DNA from: Octopus sinensis
Taxonomy: Eukaryota
NCBI RefSeq assembly: GCF_006345805.1
Contig: NC_043007.1
Coordinates: 61,504,001-61,568,000, forward strand
Direction of reading: 5' to 3'
DNA length: 64,000 bases
Each line of letters opens with the position of its first letter. Position 1 is the stretch's first letter. Position numbers and translations under genes: made by a program. The notes beneath the pieces are model-generated. The model ran no database searches. It saw only the letters and a list, made by a program, of their open reading frames with translations, and had not been told where the DNA came from. Below are positions 39,970 to 54,439 of the stretch, one piece after another.

Positions 39970-40490
39970 TAGTCGTTGAAGGTAAAAATGTCACTATCCT
40001 CTGGGATTTTCCAGTCAACACTGACAGAACGATCCAAGCTAATTATCAAACGATCCAGGATAATTATCAAAGATAGGGAAGACAATACATGTAGACTAAT
40101 AGAGGTAAGTGTTCCCACTGATAAAAATATATCTATAAAGGAATTTGACAAATTAAATAAATATAAGGACCTGGAAATTGAAATACAAAAGACGTGGCAT
40201 CTTAAAACGAGAACTGTTCCTGTTAGATAAAAAAAGGGATGCTAGAAACGTCTAGATAAGATCCCAGGAGAACCATGTCTCAGAGAAATCCAAAAGATTG
40301 TGCTGACAAGTATTGCCTACATCCCTAGAAAAACCGTGTCCATTTAAATGTCTGTGTTCTATTACATGAAGATATTTCGCTACTGCTCCTGTCACTTCCC
40401 TCCCCAAGCTTTCAGTCATACTGTAACACTTCTTATCCTTTACTCGCCCTAGGACGTTGGGTGTGTCTCGGCAAGTCATGCAGATTAAAA

Positions 40491-40495
<5 letters not shown>
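39970..40495 (+). mobile_element. R4/Dong-like LINE 3' fragment
   Basis: IIIKDREDNTCRLIEVSVPTDKNISIKEFDKLNKYKDLEIEI; ends in (AAT)n. Confidence 0.8.
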
Positions 40496-40564
<69 letters not shown>

Positions 40565-40565
<1 letters not shown>

Positions 40566-43500
40566 GTCTAGGGAAGATAATAAAGAAGTTCTTGCGGCCT
40601 TCTACCTTGCCATATATTTCCCCACAGATAAATCTAACACTGTACAAACATACTTAAACTGGAGACAGAAACACCCTGAAGTAAGACCCTACACAGACAG
40701 TAACAAACTTGCCAACGTCAGAAGAAACTTTATAAAAAAAAAATTACTGACTGAAGTAGAGATTGATTAAGTTAGACAAGCAGTAACGGATAAAATGAAC
40801 GTAGCTGCAGCTAGAGAAGATAATACAGAGTAAATAATTATAGACCAGCCCAGGGCTGATAAAAACGAAGTAAAGATTGAAAGAGTTAGTATAAGTAGTA
40901 GGCAAAGTGAAATATTCCCTGAACCAATCATAAACACTAAGACAGATGAACATCAAATAGATAAAGATAGTCACACAAATATTGACCCAACAGAACTACA
41001 TGAGCTAAAAAATCAAATCATGATTGAATGGCTGAAAATTAAAGAAACCAGCATGGATGAACGGGATACACTCCCTAAAATCCGCAACTCTAACCAAAAC
41101 ATGAAAATAATTGGTAAAATCCGGCTTGCACTAAAGGATATAATTTCAGCTAATGATGTTGATATCACAGATCTCAACCACCTATACTATGCATCCGCGA
41201 AAATCTCAACGATCCTATGTGGTGTAAAGATTAGAAAACGGCAACATTCCCACAAAAAGCCTCCTTGGCAAGAGCGTTTGCAACAACAAATTAAACTATT
41301 TAGATCTGACATTGAATATTTGAAAAACCTTAAGGTTCACAAGACTACCAAACCTACAAAAACCCAAAAATTAATGTAAAAATATAATATGAAAACTATA
41401 CTTGATATTGATGCCACCATAGAAACCATCAAACAAAAGGTATCTGCTAAAGCTGCCCGCATAGCGAGGTATGAAAAGCGTGTTAGATTTTTCAAGGACA
41501 ACAACATGTTCAAAAATAACCCCAAAAGTTTTTACAGGAAGATAGGAAAAACAGCAGTTACAGTAAGGTCTGTACCATCAAAAAAAGTGCAGGGATTTTG
41601 GAATAAAATTTGGGCAGAAGAAAAAACACACAACGAAAAGGTCCCCTGGATTGATAGAATATCTACAGAACTGGACTCCTTAGAAGAGCAAAAGTGAGAG
41701 GGTGTCACGGTAGAATATATAAGATCTACTCTCAGGAGGTCAAGCAAATGGAAGTCTCAAGGAAAGGATAAAATTCCTAACTTCTGGCTGAATGCCTTCC
41801 CAGAGAGCCATGAACTGCTAACAGAACTTTACAATGATGTTTTGCAACGCCCTAGTAGGATGCCTCTTTGGCTAGTTAATGGGTTAACATTTCTGCTTCC
41901 AAAAAGTGAAGAAACAAATGAACCGAAAAACTATAGACCCATAACCTGCTTAACAACTATGTATAAAACGATAACATCTGTCCTGACGGAATATACTTAT
42001 AGTTTTTTTAACAGACAGCAGCATATTCCCTAATGAACAGAAAGGATGTAAACGTGGATCATACGGTTGTAAAGATCAACTACTTATCAATAAGATGATC
42101 TTAGAAGACTGTCACAAACAACACAAAAACTTATCAATAGCCTGGATAGACTATAAAAAGGCTTTTGATAGCCTACCACATAGCTGGATTAAGAAATGCC
42201 TGGAAATGTATAAGATAGCTCCTACTCTGCGAAACTTTTTGACTGTAAGTATGAGATCATGGAGAACCATACTAACTTTGAACAGTGACAATGAATCTCT
42301 AAACGCTGGAGATGTAAAAATTTCATGTGGCATTTTCCAGGGTGACTCACTATCACCACTTCTCTTTTGTTTAGCCTTAATACCTCTCTCAAAACTGCTC
42401 AATGACGCGTAGTACGGGTATAAAATGTTTGATAAAAGAATTAGACCCAGCGGAGAGCTACAAGCACCTAGGGGTAATTGATGGGGACAGAATAAGGCAT
42501 TCGAAGATGAAGGGAAGGATCAGGAGAGAATGTTATCGAAGAGTGAGAGCAATACTCAAGACAGCTGAATGCAAGAAACAGGATCGAAGCGATCAATGCT
42601 TTAGCCATACCAGTCGTGACTTACAGTTTCAATATCGTTAACTGATCAATTACTGAAATATGTCAGCTTGACAGAAAAATACGAAAACTGTTGACAATGC
42701 ATAGAATGCACCACCCTAAGGCAGATACAGAACTACTTTATCTGCCAAGAAAAGACGGGGGCCGTGGTCTTTTACAACTGGCAATAACAATGAAGATTGC
42801 TACAATTGGCCTAGACACCTACCTGAAAAAGTCTGAGAACTGGATGTTAAAACTTGTCTCAAAACATGAAAACAAGAAAGCATCATACTCAGTAACAAAA
42901 CAGGCAAAGGAATATCTAAGTGAATTCCGAGTACAACAATTTTCGGAATTAGAGATAGACATACAAGAAACAAGCACAGAAAAAGCTAAGCGCATGAAAA
43001 CCCGTGCTAAAACTGCTGTCTTAGATATTCTGAATGATAAATGGCAAGAAAAACCTCTCAATGGCAAATACCCAAAGAGAGCGAATAATGCAGATATTGA
43101 CAAAGCCCTGACCCATCAATAGCTAATGACCTCTGGCTTAAAATCTGAAACAGAGGGTTTATCATAGCAGCTCAAGACCAATACCTACCAACAAGAAACT
43201 ACCAGGCCAACATATTAAAGAACGGCAGTAGCCCAACATGTCGTGTATGTCGACAACAAAATGAAACCATTGATCATGTTGTCTTCAAGTGCAGTCTTCT
43301 AGCGCCTACAGAGTACCTCAACAGGTATGATAGAGCTGCACAATATATTCACTGGGTAATTGGCAAACACCTGGATTTGCCCCATGAAAAAAACTGGTGG
43401 GAACACAAACCACCTCCAGTGCTTGAAAATTACCACATCTCACTCCTCTGGAACTTTACCATTCAAACTGACAGAAAGATAGATGCAAATAGGCCAGACA

Positions 43501-43990
43501 TCATATTGAAAGACTTCAGACAAAGAACATGCCTCCTCATTGATATGACTGTCCCAATCGATATAAACGTATCTGTCAAGACCTACCAAAAACTGAGCAA
43601 ATATAAAGATCTTGAAATAGAAATCAGCAAAATGTGGAACCGGAAAACTAAAACAATACCTGTTGTCATAGGTGCCCTGGGAATGATAGCGAAAGGGGCT
43701 GATTACTACCTAACTCAGATACCAGGAAACCCCAAAATGGCAGAAATTCACAAGATAGTGCTCATGGGAACTGCTCATATCCTACGCAAAATACTCTCTA
43801 TGTAATCTCAATGTTTAAAACAAACAATTTAAAAAAAAATTTATTTATTAGACATTCACTAGTACAACACCAAAAACCCCCAAATATATGGCACACTGGG
43901 CATAACAACAACGTGAACTTCCAACTTGTTGTCTCTTGTTGTCTTGGAGCCAACTTGTACAAACATAAAGCAAAAGTCAAACATAGAATA
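40565..43990 (+). mobile_element. R4/Dong-like LINE, near full length (about 3.4 kb), with stops and frameshifts
   Basis: [50 protein letters not shown]; (AAT)n at both ends. Confidence 0.9.
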
Positions 43991-44004
43991 ATAATAATAA
44001 TAAT

Positions 44005-44545
44005 AAATGCCCTTATGCAGTACGACGTAGTGGCTCTCATGGTTTCTGATCTTAACTGATTGGTAGTGTTATCATGTACATTGTTTTGTCTTGGTATAAA
44101 AGACGAGCTACAGCAAATATTCTACTCAATACCACAGATTTGCTTGTCAGTTGTTTAACCAGTTGAGCATGTCCATTAGTGGTTGATGATATATGCATCT
44201 TTGATCATGAGCAGAAGTGGTTGGGTAGCATCATAGGTATGTGTTGAGAGGAATTCTTCGGAGTTTGGATAATCACCTCTGGAAACATGGGTGTTTTGTT
44301 CATCCTAAAAAAAACCTTACTCAGGGACCTTTTGAGCGGGATGGGCTGCTCAGCCTAAACAAAAAATTCTAACTGAACCCGCACCTGCATGTCCTGTTTG
44401 TCTTGATATAAGATCACCATGTCATGCAGATATGGTTGTGATGCACGTGCCTAGTGTACCTTTATCGGACGGGTAGTCATGATGGGTATATTGGGCTTCG
44501 TATATTTGCACTCCAGTGCCACTTTGATGGCATGCATTGCTGCCA
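44005..44545 (+). repeat. About 560-bp (AAT)n-associated dispersed repeat
   Basis: Collinear with 59125-59690. Confidence 0.8.
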
Positions 44546-44569
44546 CTCAACAACAACAGCAACAACAAC

Positions 44570-44620
<51 letters not shown>

Positions 44621-44654
44621 TATTATTATTATTATTATTATAATAATAAGAAGA

Positions 44655-45070
44655 AGAATGATAGCAAAAGGGGCTGATGAATGATAGCAAAAGGGGCTGA
44701 TTGCTACCTAACTCAGATACCAGGAAACCCAAAAATGGCAAAAATTCAAAAGATAGTGCTCATGGGAACTGCTCATATCCTACGCAAAATACTTTGTATG
44801 TAATCTCAGGGTTTAAAACATACATAATTTTCGTTCTTTTTTTTTAGACATTCACTAGTACAACATAAAAAAACAACAAATATATGGCACACTAGGCATA
44901 ACAACAACATGAACTTCCAACCTGTTGTCTCTTGAGGTCTCTGGGTGAAACTTGGAGCCAACTTGTACAAATATAAAGCAAAAGTCAAACATAGAATAAG
45001 AATAATAATAATAAGAAACTACAGCACATACCAAGATATACAGAGCTGCGCTCGGTAGTGCAGTGGAAAC
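44655..45070 (+). mobile_element. Short 3' end of R4/Dong-like LINE
   Basis: Matches 43680-43990; 23-nt tandem duplication GAATGATAGCAAAAGGGGCTGAT at its 5' junction. Confidence 0.75.
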
Positions 45071-45104
45071 ACGAGGTAAAAATAAGAATGAACATACACG
45101 AACA

Positions 45105-46230
45105 TTGCCTTACCTCAGTTTATGAGAGACATGAGTTTACACAAACTCTCGTGATAACAGAGTAAGTGAGCCTGACCTTTAAGGGAAGGCCTGTTGCTTG
45201 GCAGTGGTTCGAGAAAGAAATGGATAAGCGAAGGGAACAAGGTAGTGATGCAGTACTACTTGGAAAGTGAACCCAAATTAACGGCTTACAGAAAGCGTAT
45301 GTTAGCACTTTGGGTAAAGAAAAAAAGGTGTGTTTGAATTAACAGAGTTAAGACTTCTACCCCCAGTTCTGGATGGAAGAATTGGGGGTAGAAGAAATCA
45401 CAAGAGAACTAAAAACAAAAGAGAAATCAAGAAGTAGAACAAACAACTAACATTAGTGATACAGTTGAAGCCAAAGAAGAAACTAGAAGAAAAAATAATA
45501 GCACCACCAATCCAGAAGGGAAAATTGCCACCAGCGACTTAAGTGAGGTAGATTAGAAGAATTTAGATGAGTTGTTAGACGCAGTGGGTAAAGAAGAAAG
45601 AAAAATATTACCAGCATTAAAAGGTGTTAATAGAAGGAAGTTACTAGATATTAATAGGAACGTAGATTCTTTTATCAATATGATAGGTACTAAAAATATA
45701 GGTGATACTAACTTTACTGATTTTTGCATGAGGGGGAGTAGTTACTAGCAGAATAGGTATTCCCCGAGAAAAGATTATGAAGGAACATTTGTTAAAATGG
45801 AAATTAGAAAATAAAGCGAAGACTCTATGACAAAATCTGAGTAACAAGGTAAGTTCTGAAAGAAGATTTAAATTTTGTCTTGTGAAAAACTACTTAGTCA
45901 AAGAGAAAGGATTAGGGATAGTCATGGAAGAGTTGAAACAGCGTATCATAGCAATAGCAGGTAAGTTTTCCAGATAACAGAAAAGAATAGATCAGTTAGT
46001 CACAATGAAGATGCAGTACGGTTAAAGAAAGCGAGGGAAGAGGTGGTTAGTGAGAAACAGCTAGATCTAAAAGGATCTAGTGCATTAATGAGTAAAGTGT
46101 TGGGAAGAATGCCGAACTGGAATAGCTCAGGACCAGATTTAGTTCAAGGGCACTGGTAAAGGAAATTTAGTAGCTTACATGGGAGACTGAGGGAACAACT
46201 TCAGGATGGCTTGGATTTACCATTGAATTG
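45105..46230 (+). mobile_element. 5' part of R4/Dong-like LINE (same family as 16100)
   Basis: Starts CCTTACCTCAGTTTATGAGAGACA, as at 16105; truncated by the neighbouring L1-like element. Confidence 0.7.
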
Positions 46231-46259
46231 TATCGTTTTACCTTTCCAGGTACCAAGCT

Positions 46260-49200
46260 GCAGGCTCACCTCATGTTACTTTTTGCTCTTGTCACCGCCT
46301 TGTATTCTCGTTGTATCTATCACTTCGATGTACTTGGTTTCTGTCTCTATTACACTGACGTTGTATGTATGCGCAAACCTGGGTCTTCCTTTTCTTAGTT
46401 CTCGCAGGATGCCCCTCGAAACCTCCAGCTTCCGCAGTAGTGGCTCTAGGGTCAATACGTACAGAAGGGAAGAGAGGACGTTCTTGACGGATTGATCGCA
46501 TGATGCTGAACTTTTCTTACAAGTAAACATTTACCCTGACCATTAAGTAATGTCACTGTCGTGATCCGACTTCCGAAAATGGGCCTGAAACCATCTGCCT
46601 TCAGAATAGCCGCAAAGTATTGATGGTCGACCCCATCGAAATCTTTCGAGTAATCTAAATTTATCAGGGTTCCTCTCATATCAGGTTCTTTACCCACACT
46701 TTCTATGATGTATCAGTTGAGGTGACGGTTGTCACGGATAGATCTGCTTGGTATGGCACATGTCTATATCTCACCTACTAGAGTATCAATGACAAGCATC
46801 AACCTCTTAGTTAATACCTTGACCAAAATTTTACATTTAGCAGAGTTATGGCTAGAAGTTGTTAAAATCATTTCCCCTTATTCAGGTCCTTTCTCAGCCC
46901 CACCACCACAATCTTTTCTCTGAATTGGGAGTTCTCTCGTTCTTCTGTCAGTTGCAGTTGTCAAGAAAACCCCACGGACATGAAGATAAATCTCGTAAAG
47001 CAGACCGTCAAGCCATTTCTTCCCTTATTTCATCAGTTGTATTCAGCCTCAGTCGAGAACGGTGACAGGCTGTTGAGGTAGGCGGTAAATTTCACCCCGC
47101 TCTCCAGTCTACCGCCTGCCTCAAACACTTGAGCGAAGTGCCATTGGAAAACCACACGCATCTGCTTGGAATGGAATAGCACGTACCCTCACAATCTGTC
47201 AAAGACCAAATTGTGACTTTGTTGCAACGCTGTGCCTCTGCTACTCGGACCTATCGAACAGCTTTTATTCTTCATGAAACAGAGCACGTATCATAACTAG
47301 TTTTCTAATCCGGTCTGTGCGTTCAGTTTCCAGTTGCCGAGTCTCTGTCTATAAAAACTATCTAGGTCCCAAATTTGTTGAGCGTGTGACCGACAATTTC
47401 GACTTGTAGATAATCTATGCTTCTCGTTTTTACTGGCCATAGAAAACTATTTGGATACGATATGAATGATCCGATGCTCTTGCTTCCTGTCCGTATGGAG
47501 GGATTCGGTGATCTAGTTGGTACCTATCAAACAACTGGAAACGATTGAGTACAGTTGCTAGGCTTTTATACCCACCTCTTCTTGTCAGACCCACGTAACC
47601 CAGACGTGCAATCAATATAACATTCCAATTTCTCGCTGGCTTTAAAGGATGTTGTCAGGAAAACTGTGAAAGGTCTGAAAATATCCGGTCGCCTCTCCCA
47701 GTCGGGCAATCACTTTGACTAGTTTGAAGACATCACTTTCATTATTGTTCACGACTAGAACCATATCTTATCGTCCAGGTCCAAAGACATCGACCATATT
47801 TCAAGGCCTTGGCCTTTCTGAAACAACACAGCCGCTCCGTCCCGCTCCATTCCGGGCTGAGTAAGAAATGCGAAGATTTCAAAATCGCAGAAAGTAGGTA
47901 TTATGGTGCGTGTGTCAGAAATCCTGGACTTGCTGATGATTATCACATCCGAACCTAGCGACCTGAGGTCATCGAGTAAATGACCCCACCTCCAGGATGA
48001 TCCCAGACCACGGGCATTTATACACCTCACTCTCAGAGCTGTTGTGTTTGTAGATAGTGGAAAAGGAGAAAATGAAACGGGTGACTTGGTGTCCATGGAA
48101 GTTTGAGTTTATATGTTTCTAAGTTCACCCTTAATAATTTCAAAATTTTGGCGTAATGAAAGTGCTGAACCTGAAAATCTCTACTTCAATGTTTTCCTTT
48201 TTCCTTGAAGAACATCATTTTATTCCTGCACCTTAACAAAGTTCGAGAAGAATGTGCTTTGCTCATGTGTTTATGTGTTAGTCTGCTCATACTGTTCGTG
48301 TGTATATTCAATTTTAGTTGAGTGGGGTGTTAGTAGAATTGTGGATTTTCTGTGTTTGGTGTGGGTGTAGATTCGATGAAGATTTTTATTTGTTTTTATC
48401 AGCTTAGCTGTACCGCCCCACTCGCAAGATGATATGACCATGTCGGAAAGATCCGATTTGGGAAGAGTGGAGGTATATTTGCGTGCGTGTCCATGTGTAT
48501 GTTTGAAAAGGAGTGGGGGAGAGGATTGTAATTGAGAAGAAGTTAAACACGAAATTTTCCTAGGTGACGGGTTTGGTTCTGTTGTGGGTCTCGTTGTTGC
48601 TGTTGCTGGTTTTGCTGCTATTGCCGTCGTTGTTTCTGTTCCCTTCGCTACTGATGTTACTACTGTACGCTGCTACTGCTGTTGGTTTGCGGCGTCGGCA
48701 GCATTGGGGTCCTTTTCTCCTCATTGTTGATGATAGGAATTCCTCTGAAATGGTTTTCATACCACACAAGTAGCATCTTTCGTTGTTTACCCTCAATTGC
48801 AGATTCATTCAATTGGACAGGTGGATAAGATTTGGGATCTTTTCAAACTAGTCCGGTTTGACCAGCAGGAAGATGGCCGCTGTAGTCCCAGAACAAAATT
48901 CCTTCTCCGTTCCTTTTACTTTGGAGAATATGTCACTTCCGTTCTAAGTGATACAAGTCAACTACTACTAGATGTTCAACCAAGGTAGAACTTTGTCAAT
49001 CTCAACGCGACACATCCATCTCCTTAAATATGCTGAGTAGGGAGTTAGTTCCCTGTTGCTGTTTCGCGAGCCTCCTTGTTGTTTAGGATAAGTTAGAGGT
49101 ACTGAGTACCACCATACCAGTAAACGATTGCTTGCCTTTGAAGTCACCCCGTTGCCGTTGTTATTTTTGTTGTTGTTGCTGTTACTGTTGCTTTTGTTGC

Positions 49201-49450
49201 TGTTGTTGTTGTTGATGATGTTGCTATTGCGTTGTTGTCACTGTAGCATGTACTATTGTTGCTGTTGGTTTTCTCGTGCAAGTTTGTAGTAGTACGAGAA
49301 TTTCCCGCTAACTTTTCGTTAAATCTGTTGGTGGATGTTGTCGTCACTTCATTTCCAAACAGGCGAAAAGAAAACAGACGAAAGCAAATAAATATTACAA
49401 ATATCGTGCCCTTTACTCCACAATTAGTTAGTATCTCGTATCACACAGTA
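46260..49450 (-). mobile_element. Decayed L1/Tx1-like LINE (ORF1 remnant, APE endonuclease start, RT remnant)
   Basis: LRVRCINARGLGSSWRWGHLLDDL (APE N-terminus, ORF 47755-48096); GTLINLDYSKDFDGVDHQY (RT). ORF1 assignment of 48540-49450 is positional only. Confidence 0.7.
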
Positions 49451-49569
49451 AAGTAGGGGCCTCCATCTAATGTTTCAACCAAAAATTTTCTATAGTAAAC
49501 AAATAATTTCTTCAAAACTTAACAAACATTCGGGAGCCAATGTGAAGCACAGCCAAACCAAAGGTTAAT

Positions 49570-50225
49570 AATAATTCTTTCTAATTTTGGCACACGGCCA
49601 ACTATTTTAGGGGCAGGGTTAAGTCAATTATATCGAACTAAGGCAGTAAAGGCGGCGAGCTGGCAGAAACGTTAGCACGCCGGGCGAAATGTGTAGCCGT
49701 ATTTCGTCTGCCGCAACGTTCTGAGTTCAAATTCCGCCGAAGTTGACTTTGCCTTTCATCCTTTCGGGGCTCGATAAATTAAGTACCAGTTACGCGCTGG
49801 GGTCGATGTAATCGACTTAATCCGTTTGTCTGTCCTTGTTTGTCCCCTCTGTGTGTATCCCCTTGTGGGTAGTAAAGAAATATATATCGAACTAACCCGA
49901 AAGGATGGAAGTTGACCTTGGTGGAATTCGATGTTAGAACGTAAAGATGCAAGAAATACCGTCAAGCATTTTAACAGACGCGATAACGATTCTGCCATCT
50001 CTACACCTTAATAATTTGCTTCAAATTTTGGCACAAGGCTAGCAGTTTTATTGGCAGGGGTAAGTCAATTACATTGTGCCTTAGTGTTCAAGTAGTACTT
50101 ATTTTATCGACCCCGATGAAAGACGAAGCTGACCTCTGCGGTTTTGAACTCAGAACGTGATGACGGAAGAAATACCGCAAAGCATTTTGTCCAGTGTGTT
50201 AACGATTCTGCCGGCTCGCCGCCTT
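49570..50225. mobile_element. Cluster of SINE family C copies in both orientations
   Basis: GGCGGCGAGCTGGCAGAAACGTTAGCACGCCGGGCG head at about 49650, with inverted copies on either side. Confidence 0.65.
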
Positions 50226-50331
50226 ACTAATAACAATAATAATGATAATGATGATGATGATATTGATTTCTTTGTTATTGCATTAGGAGAGGTTGTTGTG
50301 CGACTTTCCTATAAAAAGTGAAAGACGTAAA

Positions 50332-51636
50332 CGAGGCTCGTTCAAAAAGTATGCGATATTTGGTCATAAATAAACCCCAACAATTTTGTACTTTTCACAA
50401 ATTTTATTTAAACACCTTCAAAGTGCTTCCGTTGAGAGTTCACACATTTCTCCCAGCGGAACCCCTTGTATGGAATGATATGGAACTTCGTCGTTTTCTC
50501 ATAATTTCCTCTCACGATTCAAATCTTTTTATTTACAGCGTGGCTTTCAGCTTGGGGAAGAGCCAGATGTCATGCGGTGCCAAGTCGGGAAAGCAGGGAG
50601 CCTGTTGAACAAGTGGTGTGTTGTTCTTGACGAGGAAAGCTTGGATTATGTAAGCGGAATGAGCAAGCGCATTGTCATGGTGAAGTTGTCAATTCTTCGC
50701 CGCCCACATGTCCTGTCGCTTTCGAGGCACAACATCGTGAAGGCGACGTATATCCTCCAGGTAGGATTCCTTATTGATTGGTTGGCTTTTTGGTGGGTAT
50801 TCATGATGTACAATACCACGGGAGTCATAGAAACAAGTTAACATTACCTGCACATTGCTGCGAACCTGTCGTGCATTTTTGAGCCTTAGTGATAATAGAT
50901 GCTTCCATTGGGAGGACAGCGACTTGGTTTCCGGGTCGTAACCATAAACCCATGTTTTATCATCAGCGATGGTGGTTTTCATAAGTCTGCATCGTGGTTT
51001 GCATAGTCCAGCGTGGCCTAAGCGATTTCCATGCGGAGTTGCTTCTGTGACTCCGCCAGCACCTTGCAGACGAACTTCACTGATACTCTCTGCATGTATA
51101 AATCCTTCGTTAAAATGGAATGCATTGAGCCTGTACTTATTCCCACTTAATGAGCAATTTCCTAGATTATTACTCGACGATCTTCCATGTTTATTCGCCG
51201 AATCGTCTCAATTGGCTTCTCGTTTCCGCTTGTGGATGGCCTGCCTGAGCTTGCCTCGCTCTCCATTGAGGAACGGCCATAATTGAAGCGGTTGTACTAC
51301 TTCTTGAGCTGAGTTTTGCCCATTGCATCATCACCAAACTCCAACTAAATCTCCTGAAAGGTTTGAGATTAAGTATCCCCAAGCTTTTGGCAAAACCTGA
51401 TGCAATATCTCTGCTCTATGCGTTTGGTCATGTTGCGTGAAAATGAAAATCCAACGATCGTGCACTACACGTCTGTCCAGTAGGCATAACAGCAGGGAAC
51501 TGATGCGGTCTACTGGAGCGAAACTTTTCTCGCATGCGAAGGAAGGTGGAATCGTCTCCCACCCAAAGGAATCTGCCTACGTGGTATTAGCTTTGAAGGG
51601 AAAAAATAAAGGCAGATACTTTTCGAACACATTTCG
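50332..51636 (-). mobile_element. Full-size (1.3 kb) mariner transposon, inactive
   Basis: Imperfect TIRs CGAGGCTCGTTCAAAAAGTATGC / GCAGATACTTTTCGAACACATTTCG-TA; transposase DDKTWVYGYDPETK...VMLTCFYDSRGIVHHEY. Confidence 0.85.
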
Positions 51637-51714
51637 TATATCATGTCGTTGACAAAAACAAATTATACGTATTATAATTGACTTTTTTCTTGTTTTCTGG
51701 AAAAGAAAAGAGCC

Positions 51715-52500
51715 AGTTGTTGCTTGCTGATGATACAGCACTGGTGGTGGATTCGGAAGAGCAACTGAGGAGACTGGTGATAGAGTTTGGAAGAGTGTGT
51801 GAGAGGAGGAATCTGAAAGTGAATGTAGTTCAGAGTAAGGTGATGAGATGTTCGAGAGATGGAATGGCTGGTAGGATGGATGTGAGTATAAATGGTGAGA
51901 TGTTAGAGGAGGTGAGTGTTTTTAAGTATTTGGAATCTCATGTGACGGTGGACGAGGGGGGGGTTGGCTGAGGAAGTGAGATACAGAGTGAGGGAGGTGA
52001 GTAAGATACTTCGAGTTGTGGAAGGTATGCTGAGAGATAAAAGGTTGAGTATGAAAGCGAAAAGAGGTGTGTATGAGGGCCGACAATGTTATATGGTGCA
52101 GAGACGTGGGGGATGAAAAAGCGGAAAGGAGGCGACTAGATGTGTTTGAGATGAGATGTCTGAGGGCTATGGTTGGTGTGACACGGATGAATAGGATGAG
52201 GAATGAGGAGGTGCGAAGGCAAACAAGAATGAGAGAAAAACTAACAACCAAAATGGATAGACGAATTTTGAGGTGGTTTGGCCACATAGAGAGGATGGAC
52301 AAGGAGTGGATGGTAAGGAGGGTGATGAAGGCAGAAGTGGTAGGCAGCAGAACCAGAGGCAAACCTCGGTTTGTGTGAATGGATGGAATGAGGAAAGCTT
52401 TGGTGGTTAGAGGTGTTGGAGTGAGAAAAGCGAGAGAGTTTATAAATGATAGGAAAGCTTGGAGAGTGTTTGTGAGCGGATGAGTGAATTTGATGTTGCT
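51715..52500 (+). mobile_element. RTE-like LINE 3' fragment
   Basis: LLADDTALVVDSEEQLRRLVIEFGRVCERRNLKVN...FKYL...RRLDVFEMRCLR...LRWFGHIERM. Confidence 0.8.
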
Positions 52501-52659
52501 CAAAGTGATACAGAATCAAATGCGGCGGGGGTAAACCAGCATATGCTGTTGGGCCCTACTGCTGATGTTGGGGGTTGCATTCTATGCCCTTGACCCGAGC
52601 ATAGGACGGTGCTCTCCTCTTTGAGCTGGGAAATGAATGGAATGTCTGGTGTGTGTCTT

Positions 52660-54220
52660 GTTGTGACTATCACTTCCTAAAATAATGGGGAATAGGCCTG
52701 GGTATATATAAAAAAATAATTGACGTGACATTTCCATTTGAAACGAGATAAAAAAAAAAGAGAAAAAGAAATGAAAAATTTATAAAAATCATCAAGATTA
52801 GGAACGGGGAATTTAACATGCACATGGTCTTCAACTGGGAGCAGTTGTAGTACATGTTTACTAAGTTCGGCATGAATTATCCGCGAAGTCCTCAGTATGA
52901 ACATATATGAAGAAATGGAAAAAGGAAGGCGTGTATGTAGTAGTGGGGTTTGAGTTATCGGATGGAGATTTAATTAGTGACCCTGAGGATAGTGGATACA
53001 AATAGCTTGGCATTTAGGAGCTGGATAAAGTTCTATATGAGGAGGGAAATGTAGAAGACGTCTATCTAAACAGGTTAGAGCTGCAACTGAAAGCGTAATT
53101 GAATGGGAAGAACTTAATTACTGCTACCAAAATCTTGGCTGTGCGGGTTATTAGATAAAGTGCAGCTATTGTGAATTGAACCAATGAAGAGATAAAAAAA
53201 GTTGGATAGGTTAATGTGAAAGAAAATTGTTGACAGAGATGCATTGCACCCAAAGGCAATTGTTATAAGGCTACCTACATCGCGAAACGTATGAAGACGT
53301 GGACTTATCAGAGTGAAAGATTGTGTGGCTAGGGAAAGCATGTCTTTAGATTTGTATTTGGTCAGCAGTAGAGAACAACGTTTACGGTATGTTACCAAAG
53401 GCGGAGGCTTATGCATTGAGACTATTGAAGGTAAACCGAAAATTACAAACAAAGGCTGTTAGCTGAGAATCTGAGTACGAGGGAGGGTACGGTCGATTCG
53501 GAAGACAAATGAAGGATGTAAAAGCAGAATCTTCGTGGAATTGGTTGCCAACAAGTGATCTTAAGAGATAGACAGAAAAGTTTGTTGATGGCTCCTTAGA
53601 ACCAAGCGTTAAACACAAACTCGATAAGGAATGTTTATTTAACCCAGATGAAATAAATAAATATAGATTACGTGGGAAGAAGGTGGAAAGTATGAGACAT
53701 ATTGTGAGTGCTTGTGACATGCTTACACAGAGGGAATGTAAAAGTGTACTTGCACCTCCAATAGTCTTTATGTAAGGGATACGGCTTTCAAATCACCGAG
53801 AAATGGTAACTGCACAACTCAGAGAAAGTTCTAGAAAATCAGACAGGAAAACTCTTGACAGACTTTACAATCCGGACTGCTGGGGTTCTTGAACATACAA
53901 GGCTAGACATAACTTTGGTGGCTAAAAGTATTGTAAGTAGGTGTTTGTTGATCGGTGTAGCTTGCCCAGGAGCCAATTACGTCAATGATAGATAAAACGA
54001 GAAAATCGTACAGTATACATATTTAAGAATTAAATGTCTAAAGAATGTGGAATATGAAAGTGAGAATGGTACCAGTTGTGATTGGAGTACATAGACTTGT
54101 GACGAAAAACCTTCAGGAAAGCCTTGACACAATTGGAGCCTGTTCCAGCATTATGACATTGCAAAAGACCGCATTTCAGGGAACAAAATAATGACTGTCT
54201 GAGTTTACATAATGTAATAA
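52660..54220 (+). mobile_element. Internally deleted R4/Dong-like LINE
   Basis: KVESMRHIVSACDML and an RLE-like C-terminus; ends before (AAT)n. Confidence 0.6.
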
Positions 54221-54273
54221 GGAATCATTCAAACGATTCCAGTATCAACAAGAGCACCACTGTGCAAATGAAG

Positions 54274-54305
<32 letters not shown>

Positions 54306-54356
54306 TAATAATAATAATAATAATGATGATGATGAGGATGATGATGATGATGATAT

Positions 54357-54424
<68 letters not shown>

Positions 54425-54439
54425 ATAATAATAATAATA